From contig CAYNAR010000008.1 of assembly GCA_964395625.1 (NCBI GenBank), positions 1 through 55,503 of the forward strand: a stretch of DNA of 55,503 bases, read 5' to 3'. Positions within the stretch are counted from its first letter, which is position 1; the number at the start of each line of letters is the position of its first letter. This DNA is from an uncultured Gammaproteobacteria bacterium. Lineage in GTDB: Bacteria > Patescibacteriota > Patescibacteriia > Patescibacteriales > WJLG01. The notes under the pieces are model-generated. The model searched no databases and was not told the origin of the DNA. It was given only the letters and a program-made list of their open reading frames with translations. The translations under genes were made by a program, and so were the position numbers. Shown one piece after another: positions 1 to 7,570 of this stretch.

Positions 1-43
1 CCTCTTAAGGAGACGGTCGTGGGTTCGAATCCCTCTGAGCGCA
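1..43 (+). tRNA. tRNA-Lys(CTT), 5'-truncated by the window edge; no encoded CCA
   Basis: Anticodon loop CTCTTAA (2-8), variable loop CGGTC, T-arm GTGGG-TTCGAAT-CCCTC with one T.T mismatch, acceptor 3' strand TGAGCGC and discriminator A43. The 5' half is not visible. Confidence 0.7.
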
Positions 44-83
44 CTAAATAAAAAAACACCCTAATGGGTGTTTTTTTATTTAG
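44..83. terminator. Probable bidirectional intrinsic terminator downstream of the tRNA
   Basis: Perfect 18-bp inverted repeat CTAAATAAAAAAACACCC / GGGTGTTTTTTTATTTAG with a TAAT loop. Confidence 0.8.
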
Positions 84-96
84 CATGTTTATAGTG

Positions 97-257
97 GGGA
101 TTCGAACTAGGCAGGAGTGAGGCAAATTTCTTGCCGCTTTTCCGGCGGCAAGAAATGCAGACGAGCGTCCGCCGACCTGCTGGGGGCAGGTCGGCGCTGC
201 CTCTGGACAAGGGAGCGAGGCGGAAGCCGAGTGAACGCGAAAATCCCTCTGAGCGCA
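97..257. repeat. tRNA-associated palindromic element ending in a duplicate of the tRNA 3' end
   Basis: 97-107 is the reverse complement of the tRNA T-arm (23-33). Perfect hairpins at 126-156 (12 bp) and 170-196 (11 bp). 242-257 is identical to tRNA 28-43 (AATCCCTCTGAGCGCA). Confidence 0.7.
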
Positions 258-375
258 AAATAATATTTAAGAGGGATTTGAACTCCCTTGGAAGCGAGGC
301 TAGGTCAGCGAGGGGACGAGCTGGCCGATTGATTTTTTGCTCTTAAGATGTTATTTTGAAGGTAACATCACTATT

Positions 376-1419
376 ATGAAAAATATAAAAATCATCACTT
401 TTTTTCTATTTCTAATGCTTCCTGTGGCGGTCTTTGCGGAAACTCCTTCCCAGATGATGTCTTTCTACGGCCGAGCCGAGTTGAATGGCGTCCCTCTGCC
501 GGTCAATTCTGTCGTCCAGGTCTTTGCTGATGGATTCTTGCAAAGCGAAGTCGTCGTCGATAACGGCGGTTATTATGCCTCTAATGACTCCAATAGGGCG
601 AGATTGGTGGCTAATAGATATGTCGGTGAACAATTGGTCTTTAAATATGTCTTACCGGGTTCCGTCGTCGGTAGCTCCCAAGTCAAATATTTGAGCGTCT
701 TTAAGCCTGGAAAGGCCGTCCAGCTCGACTTACCGTTCGTCGACAACGTCAATGTCGACATTACGCCCAATTCTTCCAATGAGAGTAATGATAATATCGG
801 TTCTTTGACTTTTTGCTCGGAGGTTTCCTATGGCTCTTGGGGTGATTGTTCGAGCGGTTTGCAGAGCAGAGATGTGTCTGACAGAAAACCGGTGGGATGT
901 GTCCTTACTGTCAGCCAAGAATTGGCTAAAACGCAGGCTTGTTCGGTCGGTGGCAAGGTTTTGGGCGTTAAGGTCTATAATAAAGAAAACAACACTGTCA
1001 CGGTGGAGTCGGCCCTAGTCCTAAAAGTCGATAGAAAGTTGTCAGAAAGGCTTAAGGGGCGTATCCTGTTGCAAGTCGAATCGGCCGGCGAAGCTTGGTA
1101 TGTCAATCCGAAAGATTCGAAGAAATATTATTTGGCCGATGGAAGCGAAGCCTTCGAGATAATGAGATATCTAGGTATCGGTATCAGTAATAGTAATTTG
1201 GAAAAAATAAAAAATGATCGAGCTTTTTCCGCGAAGAACGCCGGCAAGATATTCCTGCAAGTCGAATCGGCCGGCGAAGCTTGGTATGTCGACCCGAAAG
1301 ACAATAAACCTTATTATTTAAAAGATGGAAATGCCGCCTACGGGATAATGCGCCAATCCGGCCTCGGTATAAGCAATGACGATTTGAGGAAGATATCGGT
1401 CGGAGTTCTGGCGAGATAG
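376..1419 (+). CDS. Secreted/surface protein with a Cys-rich TSP1-like motif and two C-terminal 'LQVESAGEAWYV' repeats (CPR-type repeat domain)
   Basis: Signal peptide MKNIKIITFFLFLMLPVAVFA. The start is placed at ATG 376 within ORF 337..1419. The tandem repeat has a 62-aa period. Confidence 0.75.
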   Translation: MKNIKIITFFLFLMLPVAVFAETPSQMMSFYGRAELNGVPLPVNSVVQVFADGFLQSEVVVDNGGYYASNDSNRARLVANRYVGEQLVFKYVLPGSVVGSSQVKYLSVFKPGKAVQLDLPFVDNVNVDITPNSSNESNDNIGSLTFCSEVSYGSWGDCSSGLQSRDVSDRKPVGCVLTVSQELAKTQACSVGGKVLGVKVYNKENNTVTVESALVLKVDRKLSERLKGRILLQVESAGEAWYVNPKDSKKYYLADGSEAFEIMRYLGIGISNSNLEKIKNDRAFSAKNAGKIFLQVESAGEAWYVDPKDNKPYYLKDGNAAYGIMRQSGLGISNDDLRKISVGVLAR

Positions 1420-1436
1420 GTAATAAAATCCACTTC

Positions 1437-1480
1437 AAATAAAACGCCAGCCGTTTGTATCGGCTGGCGTTTTATTTTTG
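1437..1480 (+). terminator. Intrinsic terminator
   Basis: Perfect 17-bp stem AAATAAAACGCCAGCCG / CGGCTGGCGTTTTATTT with a T-rich tail, just after the stop at 1419. Confidence 0.85.
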
Positions 1481-1490
1481 ATGGAGTGTA

Positions 1491-1529
1491 TTGACACCAA
1501 AATAGTTTACTGATAAACTATTTTGGTGT
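1491..1529 (+). promoter_or_regulatory. Sigma70 promoter overlapped by a probable MarR operator
   Basis: TTGACA (1491-1496)-N17-TAAACT (1514-1519) with TGn. Perfect inverted repeat ACACCAAAATAGTTTA-ctga-TAAACTATTTTGGTGT at 1494-1529. Confidence 0.8.
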
Positions 1530-1549
1530 ATTAATAATCTTTTTTCTTT

Positions 1550-3904
1550 ATGAAGCATGATTTTAAGCAACATAAAATAACCGAGAAAATAGTCATCCTG
1601 TCCAAAATAATCGGTCATATGGCCGAGAAGAAAGTTTTGGAGAAAGAGGGTGTCAGTATGTCCGGTTATGAGATAATGCATATTCTCGGTAAATTCGGTC
1701 AGGTTTGTCCGTCGGATCTTTGCGCTTGCCTGGCTAGTGGGAAATCCAACATCAGTCAGCGTTTGGCTTTTTTGGAGAAGCGCGGGTTGGTGCGTAGGAT
1801 CTCCGACGATTCCAGTAGTGACGGTCGCCGTCAGATTTTTTCTTTGACCGATGAAGGGGTTGTGCTTTTGGAAAAATTGGATGTCTCCCTGCAAAGGCAA
1901 GTCGACGAATTAGAGGTGGCTATAGGCAAGGAGGAAGTCGAGAGAATAAATTCTTTTTTAGATAAAGCTTTTTCCGTTTTAATTATGGAACATAATAAAT
2001 TTTTTCCTATGAAAAAAATAACGAATACTGTTAAGAAAGTTGTGGCATCGATTTTACTTTTGACGGCCTCTTTGTCTTTGACCGGTTGTGCCGAAAAGAA
2101 GACCGCCGAGGCGGAGCGTCCGGCCATCGCCGTCAAAGCGCAGACGATAGCCGATAGTCATCAGGTCAACCAGGCTGTCGAATATCCTGCCATCGTCTAT
2201 CCGGAGGAGGAAGCTTTGGTAGTGGCCAAAGCCGCCGGTACGGCCTCTGGCGTCAAATTCAAATTGGGCGACAAGGTTAGAGTGGGTGATCAGCTGGTTA
2301 AGATCGACGACGCTTCCAAGAGCAAGAGTTCCGGCAAGTATTCCTTCAATACCGGTCAGGTTAAGCAAGCTCAGTTGGGTGTGGAACAGGCCTATGCCTC
2401 TTTAGTCATAGCTAGAACCAATTATCAGTCGCTCGTGAATACGGCCGACAAGGATTTGCGCCAAGCCGAAATCGCCAAAGAGCAGGCCGCTAAAGGTTTA
2501 AACAACGTCGGTTCGGTTAGCGAGGAGAATTATAAGGCCGCCGAATTAGCCTATGATAGCGCGAAGTTGGCCGCTGAGCAGGCTAAGATAAATTTGGATG
2601 CTAGTCGTAAACAGGCCGGTTTGTCTTCCGACGATGCGAGCGACAATTCCTCTTTGTCTGCCGACACGGTCGCCAATACCTGTAACACGATAATCGTCGG
2701 GCTAGATAACGCTCTCGGTCTCGACAGTGACGGTTTTTCCGATGTTCCATATTCCGGAAGTTTGGGCGCTCTCGATAGTGCGACCGTCACCCGCGCCAAA
2801 GACGCCTATCGTTTGGCCAAGAAAGAGAACGACTCTTATCAGATCGCTTCTTTTGCCGACGAGTCTTCCAGGATAAAGGCCGCCATATCTTTGGCTACCA
2901 AGACTAAATCTTTGGCCGATGCCGCCAAATCCATGTTAGAGAAGACCGTTTCATCCAATAGCTTGCCTCAATCTTCTTTGACCGGCGTTTCTTTGGATAC
3001 TCTCATGTCCGCCGCGACAGGATATCAATCTCAAGCCGCCGCAGCCCTATCTCAAGCCAATGGGACTAAACAGAATCTGTCTTTGTTGCAGAAGGCTTAC
3101 GAGTTGGCCAAGAAGCAGGAGGAGTCGGCTTTGCAAAATTTGAATAGTTTGAAGGCTGGTAATGCCAGTCAGAAGGATCAGGCCGGATTCGCTTCGCAGT
3201 CGGCCGGCGTTCAATATGACAGCGCTAAAGTCAGGATAAATTCGCAGTTGGCCGTTGTTAAATCGCAACTCGATATGTCGGAAATACAGTATCGCAACGC
3301 GCTTGTCTCCTTGCAGGAATTGTATGATAGTCGTTTGGCTATCGCGCCGATAAGCGGTGTCATCACTAAAAAGGAAGTCGATAACGGTTCTACGGTTTCT
3401 CAAGGACAGACTTTGTTCTCGATCAGTAAGACCGACAAAGTCAAAATACAATTCTTCGCCGACGAGAGAAGTCTCGAATATTTATCAGTCGGACAGGATG
3501 TCGAGATATCCGATAATAACGGTAATAAAGTACCGGGCAAGATATATAATTTGACCCCGCAGGCCGATGCCATGACTAAGAGGTTCTTGGTCGAAGTTCG
3601 TCAGGACAATGCCACTTCTTCCGTCAAATTCATTTCCGGTACGGTAGTCAACGTCTCTGTGGTATTGAAGAAAGTCGCACAAGACGAAAAGAATATCATC
3701 TTGCCGATAACCGCTTTGGAAATAACTCAAAACGGTAATTTCGTCTTCTTGATCGAGAATGGCAAGGCCAAGAAGACTAAGGTCGATATCGTGAAGATCG
3801 ACGGCGAGACGGCCGAAGTGAAGATTGATGCCTCTCCGGAGACCTCATTGATAGTCGGTGGCAACAAACTGGTTCGCGACGGCGAGGCGGTTAACGACAA
3901 ATAA
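1550..3904 (+). CDS. MarR-family regulator (aa 1-~150) in frame with an RND periplasmic adaptor/MFP (lipoprotein; probable internal start at 2009)
   Basis: MarR wHTH (SNISQRLAFLEKRGLVRR..DGRRQIFSLTDEG). Second Met at 2009, followed by a signal peptide with lipobox LTGC. MFP motifs (G.KVRVGDQLVKID, APISGVITKK.V..G..VSQGQ.LF.I) flank a long coiled coil. Confidence 0.8.
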   Translation: MKHDFKQHKITEKIVILSKIIGHMAEKKVLEKEGVSMSGYEIMHILGKFGQVCPSDLCACLASGKSNISQRLAFLEKRGLVRRISDDSSSDGRRQIFSLTDEGVVLLEKLDVSLQRQVDELEVAIGKEEVERINSFLDKAFSVLIMEHNKFFPMKKITNTVKKVVASILLLTASLSLTGCAEKKTAEAERPAIAVKAQTIADSHQVNQAVEYPAIVYPEEEALVVAKAAGTASGVKFKLGDKVRVGDQLVKIDDASKSKSSGKYSFNTGQVKQAQLGVEQAYASLVIARTNYQSLVNTADKDLRQAEIAKEQAAKGLNNVGSVSEENYKAAELAYDSAKLAAEQAKINLDASRKQAGLSSDDASDNSSLSADTVANTCNTIIVGLDNALGLDSDGFSDVPYSGSLGALDSATVTRAKDAYRLAKKENDSYQIASFADESSRIKAAISLATKTKSLADAAKSMLEKTVSSNSLPQSSLTGVSLDTLMSAATGYQSQAAAALSQANGTKQNLSLLQKAYELAKKQEESALQNLNSLKAGNASQKDQAGFASQSAGVQYDSAKVRINSQLAVVKSQLDMSEIQYRNALVSLQELYDSRLAIAPISGVITKKEVDNGSTVSQGQTLFSISKTDKVKIQFFADERSLEYLSVGQDVEISDNNGNKVPGKIYNLTPQADAMTKRFLVEVRQDNATSSVKFISGTVVNVSVVLKKVAQDEKNIILPITALEITQNGNFVFLIENGKAKKTKVDIVKIDGETAEVKIDASPETSLIVGGNKLVRDGEAVNDK

Positions 3905-3906
3905 TT

Positions 3907-6900
3907 ATGGAAGAGATAAAACAAGACAGGGTAATCAATGAGAAGTCGTCCGATCATCTTTATTTGGAGCGTTTGCAATTTAATCCCGAATTACGCAAGA
4001 GCTGGCTTAATTTTTTCATCACTAATTTTCGCGTAGTGATTCTTTTAATCGCCTTGATCACGATCTGGGGTGTCTATTCTTTCGCTAAATTGCCACGTGA
4101 ATCCGATCCAGAAGTTAAGATTCCAATGGCCGTAGTCTCCACCGTCTATCCGGGAGTCTCTCCTGCCGATATGGAGGAACTCGTTACGAAAAAGATCGAG
4201 AAGAAAATCTCTTCTATTAAAGGCATTAAGAAGATAACTTCCAATTCCGGTAATTCTATTTCCAGCATCACCGTCGAATTCGACGCCAAGGAGGATTTGG
4301 AAGGTTCGATCAGAAAGTTGCGCGATCAGGTGAATAGCGTAAAGAACGATTTACCTTCCGACGCCAACGAGCCGATCGTCTCGGAGATCTCTATGAGCGA
4401 TTCCCCGGTTTGGACTATTTCTTTGTCCGGCCCTTATGACGGCTTCACTTTGAAAGAGCATGCCGACGATTTGAAGGACGAATTGGAAAAGATCAACGGC
4501 GTGCGCGAAGTGGCCGTTTCCGGTGGCGACGAGATGGAATTCGAGATTGCTTATGACCCGCAAAAATTATCCTTCTATAATATCACTCCTGATCAGGCTA
4601 ATGGCGCGGTCAAGGCTTTGAATTTGGTATTTCCGGCCGGTAATTTCGAAGGAAAGCAATTCAATTATCCGGTTAAGGCCGATGGTCGTTTTTTCGATGT
4701 GAAGAAATTGCAGGATGTGCCTATATATCATGCCGATAATGGAGCGATAATATATTTGAAAGACGTCGCGACAGTCGGCGAGAGGGCGATCGCGCGTTCG
4801 GAGTATTCTCGTCTGTCGGTTGGCGGATCTCAGCCGGAGAACGCCGTGATAATATCGATGGTCAAAAAGACCGGCGGTTCCATTATTAGTATCGTCGAAG
4901 AGGCCAAAAGTATCGTCGACGAGAAGGTTAAGACCTTTCCGTCCGGCATGCGTTATGAGGTGTCGGTCGATTATGGTAAGGAAATCAATGATAATTTCGA
5001 GAGACTGACTCATGATTTCTTGCTGACTTTAGTGTTGGTCTTCGGAGTTTTATTTTTGATAGTCGGTTTCAAAGAGGCGATAATCGCCGGCATGGCCGTG
5101 CCGTTAGTATTTTTTATAACTTTCGGCGCCCTGTATCAATTCGGTATCAGTTTGAATTTCTTGTCGATGTTCTCTTTGATTCTGTCTTTGGGCCTTTTGG
5201 TCGACGACGCGATAGTCGTGGTGTCGGCCACTAAACAGTATATGAGGACCGGCAAGTTCACTCCTGAGGAGGCGGTGCTTCTAGTTCTTAATGATTTTAA
5301 AGTCGTTTTGACGACGACGACCTTGACCACCGTTTGGGCCTTTTTGCCGTTGCTTTCTTCGTCCGGCATTATGGGTGAATATTTGAAGTCGGTTCCAATA
5401 ACCGTTTCCACTACCTTGATCGCCTCTTTGCTCGTGGCCTTGATGATCAATCATCCTTTGGCTGCCGTTCTAGAGAGATTTCGTCCGACGCGCCAGTGGT
5501 TCTTTGTCGGAATCGTGGTGTCCGTCATCTTAGCTTTATTGCTTTTATTCTCCAATAGCGTCTTAGGTTATGTTTCGGCCGTCGTCTTTATCGCTTTGGC
5601 AATCGTCGGATTGATTTGGTATCGTCGTCGCGGAGGCAAGAGCAAGCTTTTGAGAGGAGAAGAGGCTATGGCTAGAGAATGGGCCGATGACGATTTGATT
5701 AAAAGACGTTTAGGAGGAGAGGACTACGATAGTGGAAATCTTTGGCAGAGATTAACTAATGGTATTGTTCATATCAACGGATTTTTACCGATCTACGAGA
5801 AGTATTTACGCAAGATGATTGATAATAAAAAATCGCGTCGTCGCGCCTTGTTGGCAGTCTTCGGTCTGTTGGTGGGCGCTGTCGCCTTGCCGGTTGTCGG
5901 TATAGTCCCTATGGAATTCTTCCCGGCTTCGGATAGTGACTATGTCTTCATCGACGTCAAAGCCCCTATCGGATCGAAGTTGGAAGAGACCGATAAATTA
6001 TTGGTGCAAGCCGAAGAGAAGTTATTGAAGTATAAAGAGATAAAGACCTATACCACGAACACCGGCGGAGTTTCCGCCTATTCCTACGAGCGCCCTTCAT
6101 CTTATGTCGGCGCGATAACCGTCACTTTGGTCGGCAGTAAAGAGAGGGATGTGAAGTCTTACGATTTAGCCAAGACTATCCGTGAGGATTTGGCCTCTAT
6201 CAAGGGTGGAGACTTCAAGGTCGATACCGCTGCCGGCGGACCACCGTCCGGTTCGGCTTTCGAGGCTAGGATTAGCGGTGACGATTTACAGGTCCTGGAT
6301 AGGATAGCCAGCGAACTGAAAGAAAAATTAGTGGCCATACCGGGCGTCATCAATCCGAACATCTCTTTGAGGGATGCTCCGGCCGACTATACTTTCGTCT
6401 TCGATCCGGCTCGTTTGGAATTATATAATTTGAATGCCGCTACGGTCGGTTCGCAATTACGTTTGGCCATCGCCGGCAACGAGGTGACCACTGTCATCAA
6501 GGACGGCAAGGAAATCAGCGTCAATGCGCGCTTCGACAAGGATCGTTTGCCTACTTTGGAATCGGTCGGTAATCTGCAGGTCAAGAATTTGCTCGGTCAA
6601 TCCGTCTTCTTGAAGGATGTGGCCAAGATAGAATTACGCCCTTCGGTGGAAAGTATCGAGCGCGTCGACCAGAAGAGGGTTGTCCTGCTCTCGGCTAGCG
6701 TGGAAGGAAAGACCAATTCGAATCAGGTGATAGCGCAGTTCAAAAAGGATATCAAGGATTATCAATTCCCAAGCGGCTATACTATTTTCTATGGTGGTGA
6801 GAGCGAGACGAACACCGAATCGGTGATGTCGATCATCCGCGCCATGGGTATCGCCGGACTTCTTATCGTTTCGACATTGGTCATCCAGTTCAATTCTTTC

Positions 6901-7317
6901 CGCAAGACCGCCGTGGTCTTGGCGGCCATCCCTTTGGCCTTGATCGGTGTCTTCTTCGGCATGGCCGTTTCCAGGATTTCTTTGAGCTTCCCGGGCTTGA
7001 TCGGCGTTTTGGCCTTATTCGGTATCGTGGTGAAGAATTCCATTATCTTGGTGGATAAGATGAATTTGAACATCAAGAGTGGAATATCGTTCAAGGACGC
7101 CGTCGTCGATGCCGGGAAATCGCGCTTCGAGGCTATCTTTATAACCTCCATCTGCACGATTTTGGGCTTGATACCGGTTTCCCTGTCCAACGAGATGTGG
7201 ACCGCTTTAGGCGGTGCCGTCATCTTCGGACTCCTGACTTCGTCATTCTTTACCTTGTTCGTCGTACCGGTTCTGTATGTGTCGATGGTCGGCAAACACG
7301 AAGAGAAGAATTCTTAA
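3907..7317 (+). CDS. AcrB/AcrD/AcrF-family RND efflux permease
   Basis: 1136 aa with RND motifs LPRESDPEV, GLLVDDAIVVV and GIVVKNSIILVD; directly downstream of the MFP gene. Confidence 0.93.
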   Translation: MEEIKQDRVINEKSSDHLYLERLQFNPELRKSWLNFFITNFRVVILLIALITIWGVYSFAKLPRESDPEVKIPMAVVSTVYPGVSPADMEELVTKKIEKKISSIKGIKKITSNSGNSISSITVEFDAKEDLEGSIRKLRDQVNSVKNDLPSDANEPIVSEISMSDSPVWTISLSGPYDGFTLKEHADDLKDELEKINGVREVAVSGGDEMEFEIAYDPQKLSFYNITPDQANGAVKALNLVFPAGNFEGKQFNYPVKADGRFFDVKKLQDVPIYHADNGAIIYLKDVATVGERAIARSEYSRLSVGGSQPENAVIISMVKKTGGSIISIVEEAKSIVDEKVKTFPSGMRYEVSVDYGKEINDNFERLTHDFLLTLVLVFGVLFLIVGFKEAIIAGMAVPLVFFITFGALYQFGISLNFLSMFSLILSLGLLVDDAIVVVSATKQYMRTGKFTPEEAVLLVLNDFKVVLTTTTLTTVWAFLPLLSSSGIMGEYLKSVPITVSTTLIASLLVALMINHPLAAVLERFRPTRQWFFVGIVVSVILALLLLFSNSVLGYVSAVVFIALAIVGLIWYRRRGGKSKLLRGEEAMAREWADDDLIKRRLGGEDYDSGNLWQRLTNGIVHINGFLPIYEKYLRKMIDNKKSRRRALLAVFGLLVGAVALPVVGIVPMEFFPASDSDYVFIDVKAPIGSKLEETDKLLVQAEEKLLKYKEIKTYTTNTGGVSAYSYERPSSYVGAITVTLVGSKERDVKSYDLAKTIREDLASIKGGDFKVDTAAGGPPSGSAFEARISGDDLQVLDRIASELKEKLVAIPGVINPNISLRDAPADYTFVFDPARLELYNLNAATVGSQLRLAIAGNEVTTVIKDGKEISVNARFDKDRLPTLESVGNLQVKNLLGQSVFLKDVAKIELRPSVESIERVDQKRVVLLSASVEGKTNSNQVIAQFKKDIKDYQFPSGYTIFYGGESETNTESVMSIIRAMGIAGLLIVSTLVIQFNSFRKTAVVLAAIPLALIGVFFGMAVSRISLSFPGLIGVLALFGIVVKNSIILVDKMNLNIKSGISFKDAVVDAGKSRFEAIFITSICTILGLIPVSLSNEMWTALGGAVIFGLLTSSFFTLFVVPVLYVSMVGKHEEKNS

Positions 7318-7351
7318 AGCAGGGGTGGATTTTGAAAATATTCTATATTAC

Positions 7352-7379
7352 AAAGGCCGCGATTTATTCGCGGCTTTTG
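7352..7379 (+). terminator. Intrinsic terminator
   Basis: AAAGGCCGCGA / TCGCGGCTTTT stem with one G.T pair, after the RND stop. Confidence 0.65.
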
Positions 7380-7570
7380 TGTTGGTGATAAAATTAGTTT
7401 TATACTTCCACATAAATCCACGGGTTTTAGACCTTGTGTATCGGAAAAAATAATGATTTTTTTTGGGCATAAAAAAATTTTTAGTTTAAAATAAGCTAAA
7501 ATATTAAATTAATTATATGTATTCGTGGTTGATTTTTGTTTTTTAAAGTGATAAAATTAAAGACTAGACT

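Noticed and set aside
76-346. Short ORFs 76..258 (-) and 131..346 (+)
   Set aside because: They run through the hairpin element and have no recognisable protein features.
1070-1290. CRISPR array
   Set aside because: Only two 35-bp copies, in frame within a protein repeat, with no cas genes. No CRISPR array was seen in the window.
1472-1900. 142-aa minus-strand ORF
   Set aside because: Antisense to the MarR domain and crosses its promoter and operator.
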